64,000 nt of DNA from Lobosporangium transversale (Eukaryota), in the NCBI RefSeq assembly GCF_002105155.1, contig NW_019029010.1:62001-126000 (forward strand). Reading direction: 5' to 3'. The notes beneath the pieces were generated by a model. The model was not told the origin of the DNA and did no database searches. It saw nothing but the letters and a program-made list of their open reading frames with translations. The position numbers were made by a program, and so were the translations under genes. Below are positions 26,333 to 39,182 of this stretch, one piece after another; position 1 is the first letter of the stretch; each line of letters starts with the position of its first letter.

Positions 26333-27405
26333 TTAGAGCAGTGACAAACAGTTCGCAGCCTCGGCAGTGGATGGGTCGAGCTGGTTAAGGACGAACTGGA
26401 GGATAACATAATTGAAGCGCGTACCATCTAAGAAAATAAAGGGAAAAAAAAAAAAAAAAAAGTCAAATAGCAGGTCTTTGTCGCGTTTACACTTCAACCT
26501 TGCAAACAATAATGGCTTACAATGTTCGGTAAATGACAGCAGACAAAGATTCTGAAGCAGAACGTTTGTAACTCCAGGCCCGTGCTGGAAAGCTGCCTGC
26601 CATGGAGTAATAAGTTCATCGTACCTATTGATTGCGAACAGTTTATAAAAAATGGCAGTAAAAATAGAAACAAAGCCAATTAACATCGAAGGCGGTTACG
26701 ATAGAGAGAGTGTGATTATTCCTAAAAGACATATTTGGTAGCGATGTTAGATTCAATAACGCCAGGGGAAGTGTCGCCTCCAGCATTCAGCTTCTGAATA
26801 AAAGTGGAGTTCATAACCTGCTGAAAAAGTGATGGCGCGAACAAGTCAGCGAAAACCTGGAGCAGATAGGACAACCCGAGAGCCGTACCCAGCGTTGCGA
26901 TCCCATACAGAGTTGTACCATGGTGGCTGGAGACGACTCCGACATGCCTGTAGACCTTACCAGCTCCATCCAAGTACTTAATCCAGTACCTTGTCAAAAT
27001 ACCGCCTTGTGAATGCCCAACAATGTCAACTTGAGACACATTCATCTTGCGCATAACTTCATCTGCGAAAGCTCCAATCTCTCGGGCAGAATCCTCGATC
27101 GGGGCCATACCTCCTAAGCCAGAGAATCTTATGTATCTGCCGTAAGTCAAGGCAAAGACGCAATAACCGCGCTTGGCCATTTCAGGTGCAAAAAGGCTCC
27201 AGGAATAGACGTTTAGTCCAGTCCCATGAAGCAAGATCACAGGGCGAGGATGAGCAGGAGTCAGTTTGCAGTTATAATTATTCAAGCCTTCGATCGCATG
27301 CTTTTCAAGTGTAGGACCAGTTGGAAGGGAATGGACCTTAATAGCTGAAAGAGAGAAAAGCAGGGTAGCGGCGAAACTAACGACAGAGGGAGTAAAAAAC
27401 TTCAT
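26333..27405 (-). pseudogene. Secreted lipase (Lipase_2-type alpha/beta hydrolase), family C copy 1; probable pseudogene because the intron-1 donor is AT
   Basis: Signal peptide, HPRPVILLHGT, VGHSQGG. Exon 2 (YDELITPW...EH) and exon 3 (...NQLDPSTAEAANCLSLL*) are intact, but the donor at 26734 reads ATATGT where paralogs have GTATGT. Confidence 0.7.
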
Positions 27406-28559
27406 TATTGCTTAAGTCTTATAATCAGTAGAAGGAAGTGGACGTGTATGCTAGTGTCGTGATAAAAAGATTTGGAGAATAATAATGTTCAGAAAACGAA
27501 GGAACTACTTTGCTATTTGTATCTTTTTTGAGATGACTGGAAGCATACTGTGTTTCATGGTTGGTTGGTTAGGGAAATAGCTCCTGAATCAGCATCTATT
27601 ATAATAGCCAAAATAACGGAAACAAGAGGATCGGCGCATCTTTTGGATTGCATGTAAAAAATAAACTAGTATGCATAAGCATAAGCTAGCTATAATGTCT
27701 GGTGGGCATTAGATACCACCAAGGATGGCAATTACCCTAATTGATGTATGTTAAAGCCAAACCCATGTAATGCTTTCAATAGTCAGCAATGCCAGTGAAC
27801 AGAGACTTGGTTTATTTCGTTCATTTTTATTAAAGAGTTAATATATTGCATTTTACTCAAACCTTAATTTTTAAACTCGTGCAGCTCCATGCTTAATTCG
27901 TCATTCCTCATTTCTCCATTATTCCTCATTCTTAAAAAAAAAAAGCGAGTTCGATGGAGGCTACCTATCAAGTCACCGCGACCACCAAAAACAAGCTAAC
28001 GATTGGACTATTGAAATATGAGAAGAATAGTTTCTTGACCTTGGCCTGATAATGCCCATTATATGTGTAAGTGCATCTCGCTTTCATTCCCTTCTTCTCT
28101 GTGTGTGATGCACCGCTGCTACCAATGACTATAACCACTGCTTGCAAGGAAATCATTATCATAGGTGGCACAAAACAGCTATCAATATGTGTTGCCGTGC
28201 TGTCTCTTCATTTCTGGTAGAGCCTTCTCTTTATTTCTGGCAAAGCCTTCCCTCCATCTTTTAGCAACAGCCATGACAGCAATGCAGGTCTAAACGGCAT
28301 CTCCCTTACATTTAGTGTGAATCAAAGGAAGATGGTATGCACGAAAGGCTGAAGAAGCCAGAGATAAAGAGTTATATGAGGGCAAAAAAAGGATATGTTC
28401 TGTAGACATCCCTAATGTCACCTAGAGGCACGCCCCTTGCAAGTAAGTTTATCAATAAGGCCTAGCGATCAGTGCGGCATCAGGGGATTGTCACTCCGAT
28501 GGTCCCAGTTGGCAAACATATCGTCTCCAACGTGCTTTACCGCCTCAGTTGCCAAAATG

Positions 28560-28900
28560 CTCCCCTTGAAGCATACTTCTCGTCAAGAGGTTCAGGTATC
28601 ACAGCTAGAAGCACATCCAAGGGCAAAGTTGCCTGCCATGAGGTCGGGGGCCTACTAATAATGCAGCAATGGGAATAGTGGTGCATTTATTGCAAGGTTC
28701 ATTAATTCTCCAAGTCCCAGCATGCCTTTCGGATGCAGCTGAGTCCCTTGGGTCACCATATCTTCATTTTATGCCGAGATACCCAGTCCAGAGTGGAGTA
28801 CATCATCAGAAGTCTTATGGTATGCGTCCTTCCAAGCGCTTCAGCAATATTCATCTCCCATTGGGAAAATAATAGCCAGAAATTGAAAGATATGCGGGAA
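28560..28900 (-). mobile_element. Possible degenerate LINE-like remnant inside an ~2 kb insertion (~27950-29987)
   Basis: Broken minus-strand peptides PKGMLGLG and SWQATL resemble post-RT motifs of L1/Tx1-type elements. The block interrupts sequence that is contiguous in the paralogous lipase-3 3' flank. Confidence 0.25.
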
Positions 28901-29535
28901 TTGAATGTGGATCGCAGCACCACATTATCTGGGTATTTATTAATTCATTTCTACATGTAAAATTGGGACCTCTTATTTATGTGGGCCGGAAGGCTGCAAT
29001 GTCAAGAATGTTAAGAATGTTATCCTTTGTACATGTACGTTTGTAGTGTGATCAAATACGCAATTAGACGAAATATGCAACACTCGTCCAAATCCCTTTC
29101 AGTGGGTCGCAAAGAGCATCGGGGGCACTGCACCCTTTGTCCCCAGCCCCGGCTTATCAAATGCCATGTTCAATGGGAGAGCAGTCTGTGAAAAGTTCGC
29201 GGTGGCAGATACATAAGGGATTTCATGGGCTTCTTGTGGCGCTCAAAAAGTGAATCCGAATATCAGATCAAAGAGCCTACAATCGGCGATATGAGTTGTT
29301 TGGGCTGGTCAGAGACACAACGGCAAGGAAGGATCGCAAGGCTGAAGGCATTATTGCTGAATTGTCACGAGAAATGTCGGAAGGACTATTAGCTTGCTGT
29401 TAAGGCCCATGAAAGCCGAAGAGCGGAAGGACCCTGAAGGGAGCCAGGAGTGGGTGATGGTGTCTTTTCCCGGCAATAAAAGGTTGATAACAATAACAGA
29501 TAGAAACAAATAATGATGTAATATCATTTGGCTTA

Positions 29536-29572
<37 letters not shown>

Positions 29573-29734
29573 GTCTGTTTGTGAGTTGCATCTGTAGACC
29601 GTTTTGCGTTTGTTGGAGCTGAACACGCTATCTGTTGTGAATACGGAGGGGAAATAGGATGTTGGAGCAAAACTGTGATCACTATTCACTGCATTTAGAG
29701 ACACAAAGCAAAAACAGTCACAGCCAGATACAGT

Positions 29735-29785
29735 CTGTTGAAGTGGCTCGTCAATGCTGTTGAAGTGGCTCGTCAATGCTGTTGA
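29735..29785. repeat. 22-bp tandem duplication
   Basis: CTGTTGAAGTGGCTCGTCAATG twice, plus a partial third unit. Confidence 0.9.
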
Positions 29786-30318
29786 CGAGCTATTTGCATG
29801 GGCTCCGCTAAATATGATTAAAAAAAAATTCTAAATGATTCTTTTTGGAATAAATTAAGATATCAGGTTTCCATTCAAATGGATAAATCACCGATAGTGA
29901 AGCTTTCTAACTAGAAATACATCAGAGCTTTCAGTGAGCGACAGCCTTGTGGCTTGATAGAGCCAGTTAGAGCCGGAATCACCAATATTCTGCGATGTAT
30001 ATGTAGTATTCTGGATAAAAGAAATAAAGGCATATTACAAACCGATCATTCAATTGGGAAGATTGACATTTCTATCAGTCAAAAATAGGTTGACCTTGTA
30101 TAGCGTATCTCAAATGCGAAAGATTTATTTAACAGTACAACTGTGGCATGCGACCAGCGACATGTGTATAAAAAAAAAAGAATAGTAAAATACAAGTGAA
30201 TAGTTAAGTATGGGTAGAGAAAGAATGTGGATTTTGAGGATGAGCCTGAGGTGATGACTGAAGATAGCCAAGTTCCTAATAACAAGAAAAAAAGGGCTCT
30301 GTCTTTCTGCTCTCCGCT

Positions 30319-31370
30319 TTAGAGCAGTGACAAGCAGCTCGCAGTCTTGGCAGTCGATGGGTCAAGCTGGTTAAGGACGAACTGAAGAGCGACCTTGCTG
30401 TGGAGAATGTCAACTAATAAAATAAAGAAAATAAGGGTCAAATACCAAGTCTTTATCCTGTTTGTACTCTAATCTCACAACGACAATGGCTTACGATGTT
30501 CGTCCAATGACAACGTGCAAAGGTCTTGAAGTGCAGCGTTTATAACGCCAGGGCCATGCTGGAAGCACGACTTCCATGGAGTAATAATGTCTTCGTACCT
30601 GTTGGTTATGAATATTTTTTTAAAAAAATTAATATTGAAATCCATTACAACAGAACATGTTTATAACTTTATGCTTCAAAGACATACTTGGTAGCGATGT
30701 TAGATTCAATAACGCCAGGGGAAGTGTCGCCTCCAGCATTCAGCGTCTGCATAAAAGTGGAGTTCGCAAGCAGCTGAGATAGTGATGGAATGAGCGGCTC
30801 ATACACGGACCGGAACGGATAGAACAACCCGAGAGCTGTAGTCAGCGTTGCGATCCCATTCAGAGTTGTACCATGGTGGATGGGGGCGATTCCGATATGC
30901 CTGTAAACCTTGCCAGCTCCATCCAAATACTTAATCCAGTACCTTGTCAGAATGCCGCCTTGTGAATGCCCAACAATGTCAACTTGAGACACATTCATCT
31001 TGCGCATAACTTCATCTGCGAAAGCTCCAATCTCTCGGGCAGAATCCTCAACCGGAGTAAGGCCTCCGAACCCAGGAATTTTTTTATTTTTGCCATAGGT
31101 GAGACCAAAGACACAATAGCCGCGCTTGATCAGTTCAGGTGCAAACGTGGACCAGGAATAGACGGTTAGTGTAGCCCCATGAAGCAAGATCACAGGGCGA
31201 GGATGAACAGGAGTCAGTTTGCAGTTATAATTATTCAAGCCTTCGATCGTATGCTTTTCAAGTGCAACGGAACTTGCAGGGTTGATTGGAAGGGAATGAA
31301 TTGGGATAGCTGAAAGAGAAAGAAGTAAGGCAGCGGCAGCATTAACAGCGGAGGGGAGAGCAAATTTCAT
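30319..31370 (-). CDS. Secreted lipase family C copy 2 (3 exons)
   Basis: Signal peptide, VILLHGA, VGHSQGG; two GT-AG introns; exon 2 YEDIITPW...LDEH; exon 3 ends SCLSLL*. Confidence 0.88.
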
Positions 31371-34300
31371 TATTTCTTAAGCTCTATAATCAGTAAAAGG
31401 AAGTGGGTGGATGTGCTGGTGTTGTGGTAAAAAGACTTGAAAGGTGAAGTTGTTTAGAAAACGAAGGAGCTGCTTCGCTATTTGTACCTTTTTCTGAAGT
31501 AGCTGGAGGGTGCTCTGCGCTCCACGATTAATTGCTTAGGGAAATAGCTTCTACATTGGTATCTATTATAATAGCCAGAATAGCGGAAACAAGAGGATCA
31601 GCGCACCTTTTGGGTTGCATTAAAAAAAAACTAGATGCATGAGCATAAAGCTAGCTATAATGTCTGGTGGGCATTAGATACCACCAAGGATGGCAATTAC
31701 CCTGACTAGTGCATGATAAAGCCAGGTTAAAACATGATTATCAACAATCGATAATGTCGGTCAACAGAGACATGTTTAATACGTCCATTTCTAGTACGGA
31801 AAATACTTAACTCTGTTACCAATAAGTCGGTATGCACTTCCTGGAATTTAGACTAGCATGGCTCTTGTTTTTTGCATGTCAAAGTATACAAGATAAAAAT
31901 TAGCCTTATGTATAGATTCGTGTTGTATAACTATTTTTAGGACGAGCAGAGCAAACATCAGTTGTGGTGGAATTGAGATGTATACATCCACAGAGGCCCC
32001 AGACGAAGCAGCTATACAAAAGCAGCATGAGCAGCAATTATACGGTGGGACGATCCACTTACACGGATCAGCAACTTTAACGAGTCAATGGAAAATCCAA
32101 ATGGCTTCTCAAAAGTGAAATTGCAGTATGTTCACAGAAAATAGTGGAGATATGAGAAAGTGAATGTTGTACACCATTTATTCCAAAGACTGTAAAGTAA
32201 GGATCACATCCATTACCTCTGGCCAGCCTGATGTCCGCTACTGTGCCATCACAACTAGTGTGAAGTAAAGGATGCCTTCTTACCAAATTGCTCTATTTCG
32301 ACTGGCCACTTCAATCAACATACTAAATTTTCTGTGCTTGCGAAGAGTTAATTTATGCGTGTGCTTGTCCCCATTTCATCATTCAGTTACAAGACAACTT
32401 TATATGTGCGGTTGTAAATATCACGAGGAGTACGGGAAGTCTTTTCGGATATAGCCAAGGGATAAATAAATGGCATGGATAATACAAATGATACTAAGGC
32501 CCATTAAAAACATCAAGAAACGTGGACATTATGGGAGAAAGTCCTTTATTCTTGGATATACAGTGTTAGAAGATCATAGAATATGCCATACATATTGTAG
32601 AGTATCCACTTTTTCAAACCCTCTTAAATGCCCATCGAAGCTTTTAATATTGTATGATTGGACATTAAGGCGTAATGCCGCTCACCTTGCTTTATTTATT
32701 ATCACCACAACATTTTTGCCTTGATCAAGGCTGCAGCCAGTCCAACAATTTATAGCAATAAAATGATGATACTATAAACAGTGAAAAGCAGTAGATTGGA
32801 TGTTGGTCTCTTTTTTTTTTTTTTTTTTTTTTTTTATTTGAGGATAAGTAAAGAATATGCTATTATGGGATGTCATAAAAACTGAGACAAAGCCTTGGAT
32901 CGTAGAGGATGTCCATACCTTTGCACTAGCTCTATGCCCTTGTATGTACAAAACAATATCAGAAAACCAGGGGTTTAGCTTATTTTAAGTGTCTCTGACA
33001 ACACCAATCTCATTGTGAAATTGTTTACCAGACGACGCGTTTACTGCAGCAGTAAAAAAGCCTGTAATTTTTTCAGCCCAAAACGCCACATAATGCAGTT
33101 GTGTAAATCGCCCTCTTCCGTTTTGTTTTTCAGTCCATGACATTCGCGCCGTGGCACAACGCTGAACGGAAATATATATATATATCTATATTAATACATT
33201 TGTGAATCGTGTTTGTGATCCATTTGGTGCTTGGTAGTGTACATGCTATCTCCTGACTGCCGTTGCGATCGGTCGGGGAAAGACAAATCAAGACAAGGCA
33301 TAATCTTTTACTCTAGCCTGTCAAAAGGCCTATAGGCGCCCTCGTCAACTTATTGAGCTGATCAATAGAGAGGCAAAAAAAAAGGATCAATCCATCGACA
33401 AAGTCGTGTAAGCACTCTTAGAATCCAGTGTAGGGCGTACGATGAATTCACTTCGCCTTGCAATAGAGGTGAAGGAGACACGAGAATATTGGGCATAGTC
33501 ATCGTAAGCTATCGTCTCTACTTGACGCGTCACAGGGCTACACTGAAGATAATATGGACAAGTAAACTAGAGATCAAAAAACCAAAAAAAAAAAAAAAAA
33601 AAAAAAAAGATACGATTGAGAAGGACGCACCTGTGCGCGATAAATTGTTATTTAGAGAAAGAGAATGAATGCGCGCAATGATTAACAGCGCAGGGACTAA
33701 GAAAGAATGTATATTGTGTCTTTCTACAATTTAAATGACCAAGAATAAAAGGTAGAATTGAGGAAGAAAAGCGTGGCAATCACAAAACAAATCGATGGAA
33801 AGTAGTAGCGATCACAAATGGAAGAGAAAGGAAGTAGTGATGAAGTGTGTGTAACAGTCACATAGAATACATACACTGGTAATCCTCCTCATCTTCCTCA
33901 TCATCCATCCAAAACATGGCAACGTTGTCTAAGTATCTTTCGTTGCTTGATTGAAAGGCCTTTGTTTTGTATTAAAGGCGGGATGTGTATAAAAGGCACT
34001 TCAAAAAGGCAAAAGGGTGGCAATGTGGTTTGGTCAGAAAGCGCCGTGCACAGAATCTTTAATATGGGGCAAGATAACATTAATGACTTCCAAAAAAAAA
34101 AAAAAAAAAATTCGTGTCACACTCATATATGAGCAAGAATGATCATCGCCACACTTTTTTTTTTTTTTTTTTTTTTTATTTTGATCTTACGCACCACATC
34201 CATATTGCAAGGCGAAAGGAAATATCTAGTATAAAGCTACATAATGACGGGCCAATATTTAACAGTGTCCGCCGCTGTTGAGAGATGATAACCAATCAAT

Positions 34301-35207
34301 GTTTGCACTAAAATTACTTTTGGTTGAACCAAGCTTGATCAAAATCTTCGATTTTAGAATATCGTGGCGCATCGATAAAATAGGACCTAATGATAAACAA
34401 CCGCCTTCAAAAAAACTGGTTTTCCAACATGCTGGACACGCAAAAAACTCAGCAGGATTTTCTGGCGTATTGGCTGGCAAAAATAGACTAGACGAGGAAG
34501 ATGTTGCAACATCTCTCTATATGCTTTTAGACTTTGTAGAATCAATCGTAGAATCAAAAAAAAATGTTAACTATATTTCCTGTAATATGCACCTTGACTT
34601 TATTTACATCAGAACAGTTACACAAACAAGACACAGTTGTAGCTCCATAGATTCGCCCAATGACTGCTTCTTCGTCAAAACTGTTCAACCTACTAAAACC
34701 CATATAAATATGGCGATTTAAATATATTAAAATACGTCCATAGAGGATGGAATTTCATTAGATACAATTAAAATCCAATGGAGCTGTAGATGCTACGCCT
34801 CCTACTGATCGGCTTAGTAGCTAGCTTGCAAAGGATTCAGCCGTCACAGTTGATAGAAGAGGTTGGCGAAAGATATCTAAAGAAAGCAAGATATGGATTA
34901 GACTACCAAGTATGCACTCATATGGAGAATAAAGCGTCGATAGTGAAGCTTTTCTGCTTAGAGATGCATGGATTCGATAGTACTTCCAGGTGATGGCCTT
35001 GTGGCTTAACAGAGCCACCGAATCGTTCCCTGGTATGTAGGTGGAAGTGATAAAGCATAATCCAATATGATAAGTCTGTCTCCGCAGATAATGCGAGGTA
35101 AAGGATTTCTTTTTGTCAGTTTGTTCCATTTCAACCGGTCACTCCTTCCAACATGCTATAACTCCTGTCTTTGCGATGATTGATATATGCGTATGCGAGT
35201 TCCAAAT

Positions 35208-38200
35208 CCATCGTCCAGTAATAGACAATTTTGTATGCCCAACTGCAAAAAAGACGTTGAACGTCTGTGCTCGAGCACATTAAAAGCATCAAGGAATGTG
35301 TGTAATATGGGGGATAGTCATTCACCCTGGGCCATATTAGATAGAGTCATAAGAAGGCTATCTATGGGAGCCTAAAGCTATTAATTGACATCAAACATCA
35401 CTTCTCTGTCAAAGGTACCTATCGAAACCCTCTTGACCTGGATTCAAATTGAATGCGTATCTATATTCCAAAGTAATAAAGACTTTAGCTAGAACGGGCA
35501 CGCAATCAGCCCAACTTTCCAATCTATCAAGCACCTTAAATGCCAGCTGGAGTTCCAGAGGCTGCATACATGGATGTGCAGGCATAATACAATCCATCTT
35601 GCTTTGGATCCATGCACTAACAATAGGCTTGAATAAACTCCCACATCTTGTTCGCGATTCTGCGATCCTTGAAAGGGAGGTACACCGATCAATGACTTAG
35701 CCGGACGTTGTTGGAGATTTTATAAATACAGTTACAGGCTCTCAAAGTAAAACTGATCACGTCAACCATGCTGCTTCATCCTCTCATTCTTTCATTTCCC
35801 CATCCTCATTCCTCTTTCTCTCATTAAGAAAAAAAAAAAAAAAAAAAAAAAAAGACTCCTTCTACTAAGTATATGTAGTGCTATTCTGGATAGAAGATAT
35901 GGAAGCAAGGTACAAATCAATTCAGTCGAAAAGCTAGACATATCTATCAGGCTAAAAGCTAGACATGTCTATCAGTCAAATGCAGATTGGCCCTTTATAG
36001 CACCTCATCGGGCCGTAACTATGAAAGTTTATAATGGGATTTATAGAATAATACAACTGTAGCATGTGGTTGGCGACATGTGTGTAAAAAAAAAGGACGG
36101 TAAAGGACAAGCTCGTAGTCAAGTATAGGCCAAAAAAACGTTTTTATTTTTATTTTTTTATTTTTTTTTTTTGGATGTCAAAGGTTGTATAAAGAAAAAA
36201 TAAATAGGCGCCTGTCTTTCTGCTCTTCGACCTAAAACAGCAACCGGCAGCTAGCAGGTTCCGCGGTGGATGGATCGAGTTGATTCAGGATGAACTGATG
36301 AACGATATTGTTAAAGGGCATGGTCGCTAATAAAGTAAAAGAAAGGGAGGTCAACTACCAGAAGCATGTCATGTTTGTACTTCAATCATACAAACAACAA
36401 TCACTTACGATGGTCGTCCAATGAAAACTTGCAAAGCTTCTGAAGCACAGCATTTGTTACATTAGGCCCATGCTGGAAGCATGACTGCCATGGAACTACA
36501 ATCTTGTCGTACCTATTGATTGCGGATAGGTTGAAAAATAAAAAGTTGTTACCAAACACCGTCGTGATCGAGTATGTATATAGCTTTATAGTGCAAAGAC
36601 ATACCTGGTAGCAATGTTGGATTCGATAACACCAGGAGTAGTATCGCCTCCAGCATTCAACTTCTGCATAAACGTGGAGTTCGCAATCATTGAGGGGATT
36701 GACGGCACGAGCGAGATGTCGGGGTGCAATATCCCGGCAGCCTTAACCAATGCTACGGCTCCAGCCTGAGTTGTACCATGGTGAATAGGAGAAATCCCAA
36801 TATGCCTGTAGACCTTGCCAGCTCCATCCAAATACTTAACCCAGTACCTTGTCAGGATACCGCCTTGTGAATATCCTACGATATCTACTTGAGACGCATT
36901 CATCCTGTGCATCACTTTGTTCGCAAAGGCTCCCATCTCTCTGGCAGAGTCCTCGATAGGAGCAAGGCCTCCAAGAAAAGGGATTATTTTGTGTCTGCCA
37001 TAGGTAAGGCCAAAGACACAATAGCCGCGTTTGATCAATTTAGGTGCAAACTTGAACCAAAGATGGACAGTATTTGCAGTTCCATGAACTAGGATTACAG
37101 GACGAGGATGAGCAGGAGTCAGTTTACAGTTATAATCATTCAAGCCTCTGATCGCAGCCTCTTTAGCTACAATAGGCCTGGCAAGATCAGTTGGAAGAGA
37201 GTAAACTTGGATAGCCGAAAGAGAAAGGAGGGCAGCGGCAACGCTAATGAGAGAGAAGATAGTAAACTTCATTGTCGCTTAGATCCTTTGCTCAGTAGAA
37301 GAGCGCTTGGATATGCTGGTATTGTGCTAAGAGAACTTGAAGGATGGTGTTGCTCAGAAATTGAGGGCCTCCCTCGCTATTTGTATCATTTCTGCTTTCA
37401 TTCTAAAAGAAGAGCATACAAAGCTAACTACATTACTCGGCATACCTCAGAGATCATCAGCATTAGTGTATGCTAAAGCCAAGCTCAGGCATTGCTATCA
37501 ATAATTATCCGTGTCAGAAAAACAAAGACATGTTTAGTACGTCCATCCCCATTAAGGAGAACGTTTTGACGCTATTGCAAGTTAATGCGTACTCAATCGA
37601 ACTTTATTTTATGCTGCACACAACGCATCATAATTTAGGATAAGAATGAAGGGAGAAGTTAATGCATCGATTGTTAATCTGGTGCAAAGTTGAAGAACAT
37701 GAGTCTGTGCAGCTCCCAGGGCGGACCAGTCATATGGAGGCAATGTAAACGAGAAGGACACGGAGAAATAAAGTATATTCATGGGCTAGTAACGAAGAGG
37801 GGTCAAATAAATCTGTACAAATATAAACTTACTGCACACGTCTCTCCCCTCCAAGTTTTGTATTTTCAGGGTCATAGACATTCCCCTGATTAATTTAATG
37901 TCCGCCGCTCTGTCTTCAAGGCTATTGTGAAGCAAAAGATGTCTTATCAATGTGCCCCATTTCAACTTGTCATTTTATTCAATGAAGTGTATTTTCTGTG
38001 TTCGCAAAGAGTTGGCCTATGCCGGTATTACTTCCAGTCCAATCGCTCAATATGAGTCAGTCTTGAATGCACAGCTGCAAAAAAAGTAACCGTAGTCCTT
38101 ATGGTTTTGGTCAAAAGATGAATAACCACCATGATCAGTACAGGCACTACGGCACATTGAAAACATCAAGAAAAATGAATAATATGCGGGACAGTCCCTT

Positions 38201-38460
38201 GACCTTAGCCACTTTAGATTAGCTCATAGAAAGCCCAGCTATAGGAGCTAAGGCTGTGAATTGAGACCAAACAATACTTCTATCAAGAGGGTCCCTCAAA
38301 ATCTCACTTGACCTGAACTCAAATCTGTATTCTGGAGTAAAGAAGACTTTAAGTGGAAGCGGTACATATTCTCAATTATTCAAGCTCTATTAAGCGCCAG
38401 CTAAAGTTCCAGGTGTTGCATGCGTGGATGTGCAGGCACAATACCATCCATCTTGCTTTG
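35208..38460. repeat. Left arm of palindrome 2 (inverted repeat of 39183..42436)
   Basis: x pairs with 77643/77644-x. Differences seen: one poly(A) length change and a substitution near the inner end. Unique spacer of ~720 bp. Confidence 0.95.
36232..37272 (-). CDS. Secreted lipase family C copy 3 (3 exons, mirror of copy 4)
   Basis: Reverse complement of 40371..41411; VGYSQGG. Confidence 0.88.
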
Positions 38461-39182
38461 GATCCATACACTAACAATAGACTTGAATATTCACTATTTC
38501 CATTTCCAAGTAGAGCATAAGTAAAGAGTGTGCTGCCGTGTCATGTGAAAAGAGATTTCTGAACCTTAAAGTGTGCTAATATGGAATAAATATGAGGATG
38601 ATCATCTTTGTGCATGAATGGCCAAATCAAAGGCTGGAACCATCATCCACCAGAAGACGTATTTACTATAGCAGTAAAGTAAAAGCATCTGCATTTCTCT
38701 CGAACCATTGTGGCACAGAATGCAGCTGCATAACGCTTTGTCTTCCTTTTCGCTTAATGATTTATGGGTCTGTGTTGTGTCCAGTCAATGTGATGCAATG
38801 AGAACTGGCTCCAATGCTCGCATTTCAAAGGTGAAGCAGTACATAGTTAAAGTATCATGGCCCTCACTGCATTGTATAGAATTTTTTTTTTGTCCGGCAT
38901 TCATTGTGCACAACACGAACCCATGAATCGCTGAGCGAAACTGAAGCTTTATACAAATGCATTCTGTAGCTTTATGGATTGAAAGAAGTGTGTCTCCTGG
39001 TGAACAATGCAAAAAAGAAATAAAACCTAAAGAACACGTAGCCTTTAGCTATTATGCGCAAAGTTGGTCGCCCTGATTTTCATACCGTCTGCATAAGTGT
39101 ACCGCTAGAACAAAGATGTTAGTACACTGAGGTTCAGCAACATATTGTTTACTTATCCTCAACTTAGTGTTGGTATTGGACC

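Noticed and set aside
26625..26734. U12-type (AT-AC) intron as explanation for the AT donor in lipase 1
   Set aside because: The donor is ATATGTCT rather than ATATCCTT, the acceptor is AG, and paralogs have GT at the same site.
34780..35700. Possible retroelement remnant next to palindrome 2
   Set aside because: Looks like decayed coding sequence, but I could not read a diagnostic RT, integrase or transposase motif.
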